Positions 10,866 to 25,071 are shown, counted from the first letter of the stretch. The stretch: 41,083 nucleotides of DNA from Octopus bimaculoides (GCF_001194135.2 NC_068991.1:44737797-44778879), one strand, 5' to 3'. Notes: a model not told the origin generated them from the letters alone. Program-made: numbers and translations.

Positions 10866-11044
10866 AAATATCATTAGCCCAGATCTCGTCAACCGTCTAA
10901 ATGAGTAACCCAAATGTTGGTATAAGTACTAGTTTTACAATCACATTGTGAGCAGCTGATTAATTATTTGCAAAGAGCTCTGAGAACTAAATTTGTTATC
11001 TGGGTTTTATATTCTCTGGTTACATGTTTTACCATAGGACATAT

Positions 11045-11265
11045 TTTCATCCCTTTCTAAGTATCTGTATCATCCAGGTCGGATACTGGAGTAGTTGATG
11101 CTATTAAAAGAGATGTTGCTAGACTGGCCTGCAGTTTTACAATCAGATAGTATTTATTCTGGCCAAAACTCCATATCAATATTCTTTGAGAATATCGTAA
11201 CCTAGTCAAGACTCTTCTTCATATCATTCACATTCTTGGCTTATATTTCCAAGTTGCTCAAAGAT
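11045..11265 (-). mobile_element. R4/Dong-like (RLE-type) non-LTR retrotransposon RT fragment
   Basis: Minus strand reads NLEI*AKNVNDMKKSLD*VTIFSKNIDMEF...YRYLERDE, resembling DDLKLYAKN...V..FS.DI.MEFG...YKYLG. Confidence 0.6.
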
Positions 11266-11352
11266 TCTAACTCCTTGTGAGATAGTTGCGTATCCTATAG
11301 ATTTTCTCAATAAAAAATGATAATGGGCTCACTGCAAGTATAATAAGCATCA

Positions 11353-11366
11353 GAGAGCGAGAAAGA

Positions 11367-11440
<74 letters not shown>

Positions 11441-11761
11441 TAGAGAGAGAGAGAGAGAGAGATAGAGAGTATGTGTGTGTTTTCTCAAAATATATATCTG
11501 CGATTCTGTATCCTGTCAATGAAAATGCAAGCACTTCCTGTATTTAACGTTACGGTGTTGGTAGCTCACGGTGTTGGTAGCATTCATGCATCCGTGCATA
11601 TATGTATGTTGCATGTATGTGTGCATGAATTCGTGCATATCTGCATATATGTCTTTGTGCCTATTTGTACATTAATGTAAATATACGTATGTATGTATAT
11701 ATTTTATGGTTTGTGTGTATACACAACACACACACATACACACACACGCACATACATACCT

Positions 11762-11840
<79 letters not shown>

Positions 11841-11850
11841 TGTGTGTGTA
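11353..11850. repeat. (AG)n (~11353-11469) and (GT)n (~11760-11850) microsatellites
   Basis: Read directly from sequence. Confidence 0.95.
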
Positions 11851-13142
11851 TTTGTAAAGATCTAATTATAAGTGTTTCTATTAGAAGACAAAGTTTGCTA
11901 AACAAAACAGCCACTGAAAGTAGTAGAACAGGATTAATTTAAAACAAAAAAAAGTAGTATTACTAGTTGCAGTAGTGGTGGTAATAATAGCAAAGAGTGG
12001 ATAGAAAGAAAGAAGAAAGGAGATGATTACTGAGAAAATGTAGTGAAAAAAGGAAAAAAACTCAAACATTAATGGCGTGAGCAAGATCAAAGGAATGAAA
12101 AATAATCAAGAAGAAACAAATAAATAAAATAAAATGAAATGGTGCAAGGATAAAATGTAGTAAAGTACAACCATAAAATAAACGAAAAAGAAACTAAAAA
12201 CAATAACAACTGTAGCAGCAGCAACAGCAGAGAAGGGATGAATGAAAAAAAACAAAAAACAAAACAAAACACCCATAACAATAACAAGCACAATGCACTA
12301 GTGAAAGACTTGAGTAGTAACAGATTTAAATCAATCAGTCGCTCGATAGATCGATTGATTGATCGATATATACATAGACTCATGGCACCGACTACTCCAG
12401 TTGCCTTAGCATAACTGACCAATTGTAACAACTGTGTGATGAGAAACAGCTTCTCTAATTTTATCATTCCAAGCATTTTATCATTCTACTTATTTTAATC
12501 AGCTTGAATCAAATAATCAAATAATCTTCAAATTCAAAATTATTAAATTAGCTTTTACCCCATGCTTAGTTGATGAGGTTATATAAAAACGAAACATAGT
12601 TGCCACGGTACTGCCAAATATCATATCTGCTTCTCACTGCATTATATTTTCAATTAATTTTAATTAAACCGTTGGTTTTGCCTTTCCTACTTACTTTTGC
12701 TAGTGTTAGTTATTTGGATATTTCCACCCTTCAATTTTTTGTTTACATTTGCTTCACCTAGTGAAAGGGACATTGCCCAAGACCTTTTCTGGCACACCGA
12801 GACTGGTGTGGGCTCAATGGAATTTATGCTCGATTTCAAATGTCGCAGGACAACACCTGCAAAAACATGAACAGGAAAATTTCAAGTGGTTGATGTTTTG
12901 AGGGAATTCGACTAAGAATAATGGGTAGCGAGTGGCCGAGGGTGTTGGACACACCAAGGATGACGAGAGTAGAAAGAAGAGTGTGTTGGGGGTTCCTGAG
13001 TGGTGGAGGTACGAGACTATCAGATCCGAGGAGCAAAGGGCCTTTATAGCTGCGACAGAAACGCTTATGGACCAGAAGTGTTAGTGTTTGATTTCCAACT
13101 AGTCGGATGGTTCTTCTCTGTTTGTGGTCTAGGATATCTGTG

Positions 13143-13703
<561 letters not shown>

Positions 13704-14221
13704 GAGGGTTAATGGGATAGAGAATTTAATGAACAGATAAATATATAAATTTAGTTATATGTATAAATAAATTACTAGACAGAGGGAAAACTAGATAATT
13801 TGATTATAGACTGACAGGCATAGAGAGGCAAAAATATTCATTGATTTATGAGTAGAAAGAGAGAAAAAATAAGAAAATGAAGGGAATGAGAAAAAGTTAA
13901 ATGATAAGAGGGTGTGTAAGGGAATAGAGAAGAAACTACAGCGTAGGTAGGTTGAAAAGAGAGGATCGAAAAGTTAAGAAAAGGTATTTGCTGCACATTT
14001 GAAAAAAAATCTAATCCTACATATTTAGGAAAAAATGATAGAAACAGGACAAGTGTAATAAACGTTATGAACAACAAATAAGGTAAAAGAAGGGAAAAGA
14101 AAGGGGTTAGTAGAGAAAAAGGAAGATATTGAAAAGGAAGAGAAAATGAAGGAAAAAAAGCAATTTATATCTTAAGTGGGGAGGGATCTATTTCTAAAAT
14201 ATGTGTACGTGTGAGTGTTGC

Positions 14222-14266
<45 letters not shown>

Positions 14267-14875
14267 AGAGAGAGGGAGAGAGAGAGAGAGAGAGAGAAAT
14301 GGGAGGGAAAGAATGGGTAAAAGTTAGTGGGTGAAAAAGTAGGAGAAAAAGTAGAGCTGAAGAGATGGCCAGGTAATTAAATGCATAGATAAGTAGATAG
14401 TTAGAAAGAAAAGAATGAAAGAGAAAGGATAATAGAAGAGGAAGGAGATAGGAAAACAGAACAAAGGAAAAATAGAAAATGTAAGAGAACGAGGGAGATA
14501 GAAAGAAAAGAAAGAAAGAGAGATAGCTGTGCGACCGACAGGTGTGGTGGTTAGTACAATGGATGTATACCAGCTCCCAAAGAAACACGACAAAACTCAA
14601 TTGTTTTTGTGCACAAAGCCATGTTTTGCGATATTTTCTTGTTGAGCAGGTCGGGTCTTTACAAAAACGGTTTAGAAACTGTTCGATAAGTCGAGTATTT
14701 TGATGATCAATACGTCGATAGATCAATATATGTATGTATGTGCATTCCCGTGCGTACCTGTATGTTCACTTCTTAACCACGAGGTTCAGGCTTCGATCAC
14801 ACTGCCTCGGGATGAAGGATACTGTGCAGAAGCTCTTTCTGTGTGCGCTTATGTATTTTTATGTGTGTGTACACA

Positions 14876-14921
<46 letters not shown>

Positions 14922-15087
14922 TATACGCATATATACACATACATATATGTATATACACACATATAGGTTTATACATACACGCACTAAGTATATATATATA
15001 TATATATATTTAAATGTATATACACATGTATACGCACACATGTATATATACATTTAGGTTTATACATACAGACATTATATATATTTA

Positions 15088-16539
15088 AATTGGTGAGTCA
15101 AAAGTTATCCGCACTTTCTTTTGAGTGGCCGCACTGCCTTCAGCTAAAATGCGGTATTTGTGTGGTTATGTGATCGACGTTTGACCTTGATTACTTCAGT
15201 TTCCTTGTGTCACAGAATACACTTGGCCGCTCCGCAGTGTGCACCAAGGAGGAACAGAAATCAGTGAACTGAATTCTCTGGTATGAAAGTGTGTTAGGAC
15301 TGAAATTCATCGCAGGGTTTCAGTACAATACATGGACAATGCTAACTATAGAAGTGTGTATAAATGGATTGAGGAGTTTAAAAATGAACGAACAAGCGAG
15401 AAGCACGAAGAAGAAGCAGGACGCCTATCAACCCCCATAACTGACTTGAAGATTCATCAAGCTCGAGAGATGGCTCTGGGGAACCTATGAGTGACCATCA
15501 ATAAAGTGACATGTTCTCAGAAAATTAGTTTGGTTCACTGCGTACGAGTTTGTTCTCTGCTTCGCTTCTGTAGAATCTGTGCAAGATGTGTACCAAGAGA
15601 GATTATTGAAGTGCATAAGCGCAATAGTGTGGAAATCTGTTAACGCTCACTCGACCGCTACAACGATTAAGGTGATGCTTTTTTGAAGAGAAAATTCACA
15701 AGAAATGAGACCTGGGTCCGTTACTTTGAGCCAGATTCTAAAAGGAAACATGCGGAATCGCCAGCGGAAGAGAAATTCAAGACTCAACCTTCCACAGAAA
15801 AAGTGATGCTAACCGTTTTTTGGGACGCAAAACTGTCTACATTGAAACATATCCTGGGAAAGGGCTCTACAGTCACCAGTGTAGACTACAGTGAAATGCT
15901 GACCAATAAACTGAAACCAGGAATTCGTGCCAAATGCCAAGGTCAAAGTAAGTGTTATTGTTCCACAGCAATGCAAGCTCATACGCGCTCTCCACATCGT
16001 TGAAACTATTTATAAACTGGGTTTCGGGTTTCTGGAACACTCTACATACAGTCCCTTCTGACTATCACTAGTTTGGATCTCTCAAACATCCTTTACGAAG
16101 TCATATATTTGCTATGGACGAAGAAGCACAGGGAGCGGTGCATAAATGGCTGCACGACCTGCCGAAAATCTCTGATAGAATAAACAAGCTTTGTGAACCA
16201 CTGGAAGAAGTGCATCGAAAAACCAGGAGACTACGTTGAAAATGATGTAACCGTTCAATCGTTGCTTTTGTTTTAATCAATTACAGAAATAAGAAAGGTG
16301 GTGAACTGACAGAATCGTTAAGACGACGGGAAAAATGCCTAGCGGCATTTCGTCCGTCTTTAGGTTCTGAGTTCAAATTCCGTCGAGGTCAACTTTGCTT
16401 TTCATCCGGTCGGGTTCGATAAAATAAGAACCAGTTGAGTAGTGGGGTCCATGTAATCGATGTAACCCTTGGCCTTGTGCTAAAAATTTGAAACCAAATT
16501 ATAGAAACAAAAGTGCGCACAATTTTTGACTTAATCTCG
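15088..16539 (+). mobile_element. Full-length but dead mariner element with both TIRs and TA target duplication
   Basis: Left TIR GAGTCAAAAGTTATCCGCACTTT vs right TIR (rev. comp.) AAGTCAAAAATTGTGCGCACTTT, 19/23 identical. TA flanks at 15086-87 and 16540-41. The transposase has stops and frameshifts: CTKEEQKSV, VYKWIEEFKN, ICARCVPR, NETWVRYFEPDSKR, STEKVMLTVFWDAK, HWKKCIE..GDYVE. Confidence 0.92.
16297..16495 (+). mobile_element. Full-length tRNA-derived SINE inside the mariner 3' subterminal region
   Basis: Head GGTGGTGAACTGACAGAATCGTTAAG (A-box-like), GAGTTCAAATTCC (B-box), core and tail GGCCTTGTGCTAAAAATTTGAAACC. Probable degenerate TSD AATTACAGAAATAA / AATTATAGAAACAA (12/14). Confidence 0.92.
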
Positions 16540-16887
16540 TAATATATATATCCCATCCACTCTTATCTACAAAAAATCACGATACTTTAAAATAGTTTTA
16601 TTAGATTATTTTTTACATACATACATGTTTGGGATGAATTACTTCGCTGTATTTGTTCCCGCTGTCTACATACTAAGCTTAAATCCCGGTGTAGCCTACT
16701 TGGGTATTGAACTTAATCCGATACCCAATTTAATACGGTTACTTGATCGTCAGGTGCATTTGGTGGGGTTCATTCCATTACAATCATTCGAGACAGCCTA
16801 GTTTGATGATATCTTCATCCCTCCTTCCAATCAGTCGCGAAATCCTTTAAAAGGATCATGAGTACTACATTTTCCTTCTGACTAATC

Positions 16888-16966
<79 letters not shown>

Positions 16967-18621
16967 TCTAATTTACTTTAGATGTGATGATTCTCGTTAG
17001 TTGTTCTGCTGTATCTTGTGTTAGCTTGACCATAGTAGTCTTCTTAATTCTGATTCACTGCGCTTCGGTGTTAAGGGTGGTAAGCTTGTGTTTTTTATGC
17101 TAGACAGTTAATGAATAATTGTTTTTGTTTTCTGTTACATTAACGATATTCTAAGCCATTAAACTTAAATATGATAAAATCCCAGTCATATTTAGATCGA
17201 TACAACCTAATTTTGTATACATCATTTTATAATATCACCTTAACTGAGTTTGCACTAATCGAATAGACCTATGTTCGAAGATGTTTTGCCAAGACCTCAT
17301 CGTATTTCTTTTACGGATATAACACATTTGTGTCCACACAATTTTAAATGTGTGGCGAGATTTCAGAAAGTTTTGACAATGATTTCTTGCAGGTCAAATA
17401 GTCATGTAGATGCTTTCTCTCCTTAGTTTATATTTGTTTACATGTTAGGTAGATTTCTTAAGCAAGTAAATACTAGTCTAAACATTGGAAAAGTCACGAA
17501 CTTCAAAAATATTAGACTCAATTTTAATTTTCATTTTTCTCTTCACAACAGAATACCATGTGTTTATTAATGAAGGAATGGTCTTCTTATGATGCTGTTG
17601 AAACAGCATCATCTTTTTATGTTTTTATATGTATATATCGATTCGCAATTACAATGAAGATGCAAAGAATGAACATTCTCTTGAGGAAGTACTTAGTTCA
17701 GTGGTAAAAAGCCTAACCACTGTTAACGTTTTACATTCCTTTAACTGACGGCTATATTTTAGCAACGGTACCAAGATACAGTTAGACAATATTAATGCAT
17801 TCGCACAGAATTGAGGACATGAATTTAGATTAGGCTAAGTTTCAGTAGCTGATTGTTAGTTCATTATCTTAAATCACGAATAACAACGGATATAAATATG
17901 AATAGCCTCCTTTACTCCCTTCATTAATAAGGTGGAGTTGACAAATGTTCGATGATTTGTAGCAAAAGACAATGTAGCACAGTTAATAAACATGTAACAA
18001 TTCACTACGTCATATAAAGCAACATGATTTAAGAGTTATTAGTAAAAAACAAAAACAAAACAAAAACAAAAAAAAACAAACAAAAACAAAACTAAAGGAA
18101 AAAGAAACGAGTATGTGTTTATACATATATGTCTTATGTGCCAGTGTGATGAGAACGTTCTTCTCATGTGTGCATGTTGATCTGAGCGTGTTTGTGTGAA
18201 AATGTTCTTTTCATAAGTGCCTATCAATTTGAATATCTTTTACATAGTATGTATATAAGGGACAACTTCCCTGGTTCAGATGATGGCGACATCGATAGCG
18301 ATGGCGGCACAGATATTTTCGCTGTGAAGGTTCCACATAATGCTTTTAGAGTGTTAGTAATAATAGTATTAACATGTGATTGAGAAGAAATATGATCAAA
18401 CGTATTTCAGCTACGACAAAACCGCTAGGAGATTATTGTTCAATGCATTTATTCTTTTTAAATATTGTAGGGAGTGAGTTAATGGAAATTCAGTTGTTGC
18501 TAGATCGTGCAACCGGATAGACTCCTTCGTTGAATTGTCATTAGAGTGGTAGTTGCTTTAATACATTTGGGATTATTATTTTACGTTAAGAAAAGTATTG
18601 ACCATCACTGCTAACTTGCAC

Positions 18622-18995
18622 AACAGCACTAATATTGTTAGTGATGACAATAGCAATATTATTTGCCATAACGACGATATTGTTAGTCATAAGAATAGTG
18701 ATTTTATTAGTCATAGCGACATTGATACTGTAAGAAATAACAACCAATAGTGATATTGCTATAGTTATAGCGACAGTCAAGGATGATTGTGTTAATCATA
18801 TTAACCAACAGTGATATTATTAGACTCAATATGTAATAGTGTTAACCATAACAACAGTGGTATCATTTAATCGTAACTGCCGTGATATTGCTAGTCATAA
18901 CTAGTGATAGTGTTAATCATAGCAACCGTAGTATTTATTGTTCGTCATAGCTATAGTGATGTGATATTGTAAGCTGTAACAAAAGCGATATTATT
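18622..18995. repeat. Degenerate ~24-bp minisatellite (consensus ~AACAATAGTGATATTGTTAGTCAT)
   Basis: Units such as AACAGCACTAATATTGTTAGTGAT, GACAATAGCAATATTATTTGCCAT and AAGAATAGTGATTTTATTAGTCAT occur at 21-30 bp spacing. Confidence 0.75.
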
Positions 18996-19066
18996 AATGA
19001 TATTCTGCAGCAATTCGATTAAGTCAGGCAACAGCATAAAAATAAGTATTGATAGCGTTGAAGTAC

Positions 19067-19121
<55 letters not shown>

Positions 19122-19338
19122 ATATTTTTATATAAATACACACACATATGTATATTATATATATAGATCATATATATATGTCATATATTATGCACATACA
19201 TATGTACATATATCACACATACTATAAACACATACATGTACGCGCGCGCACACACACACGTATATTTATATATAAATACACACACACACGCACACTATGT
19301 ATAACATATATATAAATCATATGTATATGTCATATAAT

Positions 19339-19629
19339 CAGTGGCGGACTGGCCAAGTTGCCAGCTTGACCGATGGCAAGTGGGCCCCTGCGCCATTAGA
19401 ATCCATATATGGGGGCCCATGTCAGTATCTAAGGAGCCCATTCACTCAAGTTTGAGAATTTTTTTTATTCTGGAAGAATGCATTAATTATTTCAGGATGG
19501 CTGTGTTTGTAGACAGTTGAAAAGAATACTTTTAATATAAAAAAACAAAATTAAATGATAGCATTGTAGTTGCGGGTGGGCCCCCTTAGTCTTCTGGCAA
19601 CCAATATTTTTAGACCCAGTCCACCACTG
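19339..19629. mobile_element. hAT-type MITE (291 bp)
   Basis: TIRs CAGTGGCGGACTGG / CCAGTCCACCACTG (13/14). 8-bp TSD CATATAAT / TATATAAT (7/8). Subterminal GGGCCCC motifs. Confidence 0.9.
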
Positions 19630-20350
19630 TATATAATACACGTACATATGTACATACATCACACATGCTATAAGCATATACATATACGCGCGCGCGCACA
19701 AACACATACACACACACAAACTTCTGTTCTTTAGCTGTAGTTTCAAACATTTCAGTAGGGATCCAAAGTAATCCATTTTTTGTATAAACAAAGCTGGTTG
19801 TTGAGACAGTAGTGCGGCGTAAGAGGAGTTGTTATATGTTGCAAAATGATGCAACTAGAAGCTGATATTGTGCCATGTTTAACTACACTTCAAAATGTGT
19901 GGAATTCGATTTTAAGATATTAAACATCAATAACTACAGACTTATACCCATTCACACAGGCGGAATTTTTATAAATACATGCAGACACACCAATACATAC
20001 AGGCATCTATGCATGTGTATGTCAAATGTATTAAGGTATATTATGTTGTGTGTCCCTGTACTTGTATATACCTGCACATACGCACCACATATTTACGTGT
20101 GATATGTGTATATGTTTGAATGTATTTTTGTTTTTCACACTAGTATAGATATTTCGTTTGCAGTTAAGTATGTGCGTACGTATTGCGTACACACGCTCTC
20201 TGTGTATTCACACATACGTTAGCATGAAGTGTGTGCGTGCCTCTGTGTGTATGTGTGTGTGTCCATAAAAATCTATACACACACATTATCTATGTATGTA
20301 TCTGTTTGTAATATGTTTCATCTGTGAGTGTTAATATATATATATATATA

Positions 20351-20572
20351 NNNNNNNNNNNNNNNNNNNNNNNNNNNNNNNNNNNNNNNNNNNNNNNNNN
20401 NNNNNNNNNNNNNNNNNNNNNNNNNNNNNNNNNNNNNNNNNNNNNNNNNNNNNNNNNNNNNNNNNNNNNNNNNNNNNNNNNNNNNNNNNNNNNNNNNNNN
20501 NNNNNNNNNNNNNNNNNNNNNNNNNNNNNNNNNNNNNNNNNNNNNNNNNNNNNNNNNNNNNNNNNNNNNNNN
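20351..20572. other. Assembly gap within (TA)n
   Basis: N run flanked by TA repeats. Confidence 0.99.
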
Positions 20573-20615
<43 letters not shown>

Positions 20616-20974
20616 CTATATGTGTGTGTGTGTGTGTGGAAATCGGAAAGCATCCTTTTAAATCAACTAAAATATTAGTAACACATTCACACAGAAATAA
20701 AAGAAATAGAATTCAACAGTAAAATAACAAAATCAAGGCTGGGGGTATGGGTAGAACTAGTGATGGGTAGATAGATGACATGTTGGTTGGCTGGTTGGTT
20801 GCCTGGTTGGTTGGTTGGTAAGTCGGTTGGTAGGTTGGTTATATATTTTCATTTGCTATTAATGACGTCAGACACTTTCTGCCCCTCTTCTTCTACCACT
20901 GTCTTATTCGAATGATAAAAGGATGAAACAAACACGCAAGGGAAATAGTAGTATGAGTAATGAGAGGTACAATA

Positions 20975-21466
20975 AATGGTAGTGGTTGTAGTAGTAGTGG
21001 TTCTAATAGTAGTAGTAGTAGTAGTAGTGAAGGTTGTGGCATTGGTATTTACTGTGATATACTAATAGTGGCAATGGCTATAGTAAACACAGAGGTTGTG
21101 GTGACAGTAGTAGTATTAAAAGAGGTAGTAATTGTAGTAGTAGAGGTGGTAGTACTTAAAGTAGTAGCTGTTTTAGTAACAGCTTTAGTTGAAGCAGTGG
21201 GAGAGAGTTACAGTTGTAGTAGTAGTGTGTGCATTTATGCAAAACGTGTGTATGTATGTATGTATGTATGTATGTATGTGTGTATGTATGTGTGTGTGTG
21301 TGTGTCTGTGTATGTATATATGTAAGTGTAATATATTGTGTTTATTATATCACCAGAATTCTGTGTATGCATGTTGAAACGTACATGAGAGGGAGGGTGA
21401 GAAATATCATCATCAAAAAAAAAAAAAAATCAGTATTGGCAGAAATAGTAGTAGTAGTAGTAGTAA

Positions 21467-21499
<33 letters not shown>

Positions 21500-21510
21500 C
21501 TGTAGTAGTA
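20975..21510. repeat. Degenerate and pure (TAG)n tracts with an intervening (TATG)n/(TG)n
   Basis: Read directly. This explains the poly-V/poly-S ORFs in the track. Confidence 0.9.
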
Positions 21511-22173
21511 GCATTAACATTACATCAGCAGCAGTCTACAGGTAAACGATGACGACAACGACAACGACGTCAACAATAGCAGTATGATCAGCAACAGCAA
21601 CATCATTGATAATTAACCCATTTTCTTTTTCTTTATAATCTCTAAATATGCGCTCATTGAAAGAAATTTCCAGAGAAATAATTGCAACATTAAAAATATC
21701 AGTTGGAAAAAGCTTAGTGAAAGTGAAAGTAAAAATGAGTAGATATTACAATTTTTTTTTATTTCACTTTATTCATATGTTTGCTTTTTTCTTTTCACAT
21801 TATTTCATCGTATGGAAGTGGGACGGTAAGAGATGTAAGGACGTAAGTAGGTAGGTAGTTAGGTAGCTGAATAGATGAGGTGAACGTAGAATGCGATAAA
21901 TAGGTAGGTTATGTTATAGAGGTTGGTTGATGTAAGTATACGGACCGATTAAGCAGCGGAGAAATAATGGAAAGAAAGAAAAAATGAAAGAAAGAATGAA
22001 TGAAGTAAGGGAAGAATGAAAGAATCAAGGAGCGTAACAATGAAAGAGGGTAATGAAGAAATGAGCGGGGGAAGAAGAAAAAGAAGAAACAAGATGAACG
22101 ATTCATGGGCAAAAATGAAAAGAATGAAGAGCATGAGAGAAAAGAGAGATAGTGTGTGTGTGTGTGTGAGAGA

Positions 22174-22252
<79 letters not shown>

Positions 22253-22384
22253 AGAGAGAGAGAGAGGTGGGAAAAGGGAAAGAGAAGGTGAGATATGATG
22301 GAGTGAGAGAGAGAGAGAGAGAGAGAGATAGAGAGAGAGGGAAAAAAAGGGGGTCAACTGAATATGCATGTTTCGAGAATACGA

Positions 22385-22570
22385 AGACGTCTCTACATGG
22401 TTACTCAATATGCTAGAAATAACAACCAAATCTTCCTCAAGTTACCACTTGTCCTTTTGAAAACGATGGGACACATAGACTAATGTAATCCTAGTAACAC
22501 TATGCCCGAGAAAAGATTGGCAAGTCATAGCTAGAATATCTTTGATTATATGGCTACTCGATCAGATCCA
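22385..22570 (-). mobile_element. Second short interspersed repeat family (CTGATCGAGCAG...GAGATTTGG.TG.T.TTTCTAGC)
   Basis: Its reverse complement aligns by eye with 26725-26785 and 29979-30145. Confidence 0.65.
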
Positions 22571-22766
22571 TCCATTCATCCACACACACACACACGCAGG
22601 CACTCACGCACGCGCACGCGTATATGTACATGCACAAGATGAAGCAAAACGAATATTTCACAACAGAGTAAAATAATATTGACGAAAACAAAAATTAAGA
22701 CCTAGTTGAATAAACCATGTAGCTGATAGCAATACGTATATCAAGAATTCAGTCTTGTAAAATATT

Positions 22767-22980
22767 GGCTTCAAATTTTGACACAAGGCCAGCAATTTCG
22801 GTGGAGAGGAGTAAGTCGATTACATCGAATCCTTGTGTTCAACTGGTACTCATTTTATCGACCCTGAAAGGATGAAAAGTAAAGTCGACCCCGACGGCAT
22901 TTGAACTTAGAAGGTAAAGTGGGAAGAAATGCTACTAAGCATTTTGTCCGGCGCGGTAACGATTCTGTCAGCTCGCTGCC
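22767..22980 (-). mobile_element. Full-length tRNA-derived SINE with TSD
   Basis: Head (rev. comp.) GATTCTGTCAGCTCGCTGCC ends at 22980; core and tail TTCAAATTTTGACACAAGGCCAGC are present. TSD TTGTAAAATATT (22755-66) / TTGCAAAATATT (22987-98). Confidence 0.92.
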
Positions 22981-23004
22981 CTAGTTTTGCAAAATATTAA
23001 GCAC

Positions 23005-23065
<61 letters not shown>

Positions 23066-23927
23066 AAAAACCCACTCAGCCATGTATGTAAATGTTTATG
23101 AGTGTATATATGAATAATACTCCGAGTATTGAGTGCATCGTTCTCTTGTTTGTATCAACTAATCAGTCGATCTTACCATCTATCTGTCTGCTACTAGTCT
23201 GCTTGCCTGCCCGTCAGAGCGTCTTTCTATGTATATATTGCATTGGACAATGCAAAAGAGGAGAATATGTATACATATTTGTCTATGTGGCTGCAGAATA
23301 GAAGAGGAATATGTTAATGGACTCATCCAACATCAGCGGGGTGCTTCTATTTTAGCAAGAATCTTGGTGAAAATAGCGCTTATTTCAGTGCGCTTTTCCA
23401 AGAATAGTTCCAGCAGACCAATTTGGTAATTTGAAAGTAGATGAAAACTAAAAGGTAGATGAAAAAGAAGTGGGTGAAACGGAAAAGAGGAAGTAGCATT
23501 AGTAGTGATTTTTGAAGTGTTGATGTGCTCTACTGGTCGTCTAAGTAGAGGTTACTATACAAAACTAGCGCATTCAAGAACGAGATCCTCATGTGCCCAA
23601 ATACGTAATAACGACCGTTCATTCAGTTTGATTGTGATATCGGGTAGTAGTTCCCATTTTCTCATTATGTGGATGTAATGTGCACATTCATGCGTATATC
23701 CACCCACACACCTATCCATCCATCCATCCATCCATCCATCCATCCACCCATCCATCCCTCCATTCATCCATCCATCCATCCATCCATCCATCCATCCATC
23801 CATCCCTCCATTCATCCATCCATCCATCCATCCATCCATCCATCAACCCATCTTCCGTTCTTTCTTTTCTTTCCTTCCTTCCTTCCTTCTTATTTCTCCC
23901 TTTCTATCGAAATACACGCATGTATGT

Positions 23928-24003
<76 letters not shown>
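23005..24003. repeat. (CTAT)n 23005-23064; (CCAT)n 23714-23843; (CT)n(AT)n leading into the gap
   Basis: Read directly from sequence. Confidence 0.95.
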
Positions 24004-24920
24004 NNNNNNNNNNNNNNNNNNNNNNNNNNNNNNNNNNNNNNNNNNNNNNNNNNNNNNNNNNNNNNNNNNNNNNNNNNNNNNNNNNNNNNNNNNNNNNNNN
24101 NNNNNNNNNNNNNNNNNNNNNNNNNNNNNNNNNNNNNNNNNNNNNNNNNNNNNNNNNNNNNNNNNNNNNNNNNNNNNNNNNNNNNNNNNNNNNNNNNNNN
24201 NNNNNNNNNNNNNNNNNNNNNNNNNNNNNNNNNNNNNNNNNNNNNNNNNNNNNNNNNNNNNNNNNNNNNNNNNNNNNNNNNNNNNNNNNNNNNNNNNNNN
24301 NNNNNNNNNNNNNNNNNNNNNNNNNNNNNNNNNNNNNNNNNNNNNNNNNNNNNNNNNNNNNNNNNNNNNNNNNNNNNNNNNNNNNNNNNNNNNNNNNNNN
24401 NNNNNNNNNNNNNNNNNNNNNNNNNNNNNNNNNNNNNNNNNNNNNNNNNNNNNNNNNNNNNNNNNNNNNNNNNNNNNNNNNNNNNNNNNNNNNNNNNNNN
24501 NNNNNNNNNNNNNNNNNNNNNNNNNNNNNNNNNNNNNNNNNNNNNNNNNNNNNNNNNNNNNNNNNNNNNNNNNNNNNNNNNNNNNNNNNNNNNNNNNNNN
24601 NNNNNNNNNNNNNNNNNNNNNNNNNNNNNNNNNNNNNNNNNNNNNNNNNNNNNNNNNNNNNNNNNNNNNNNNNNNNNNNNNNNNNNNNNNNNNNNNNNNN
24701 NNNNNNNNNNNNNNNNNNNNNNNNNNNNNNNNNNNNNNNNNNNNNNNNNNNNNNNNNNNNNNNNNNNNNNNNNNNNNNNNNNNNNNNNNNNNNNNNNNNN
24801 NNNNNNNNNNNNNNNNNNNNNNNNNNNNNNNNNNNNNNNNNNNNNNNNNNNNNNNNNNNNNNNNNNNNNNNNNNNNNNNNNNNNNNNNNNNNNNNNNNNN
24901 NNNNNNNNNNNNNNNNNNNN
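24004..24920. other. Assembly gap (917 N)
   Basis: N run. Confidence 0.99.
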
Positions 24921-25015
24921 TATATATATATATATATATATATATATAACTGAATATATATATAAAACTGAATATAGATATGCTTCAATATATATAATCT
25001 ATCCAATTATACACA

Positions 25016-25071
<56 letters not shown>

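Noticed and set aside
16297-16370. tRNA gene
   Set aside because: The A/B boxes belong to a SINE head; there is no complete cloverleaf, and it continues into SINE core and tail.
17551-17705. Open frame NTMCLLMKEWSS...VQW* after a strong acceptor
   Set aside because: No recognisable homology and no partner exon; short open frames are expected by chance.
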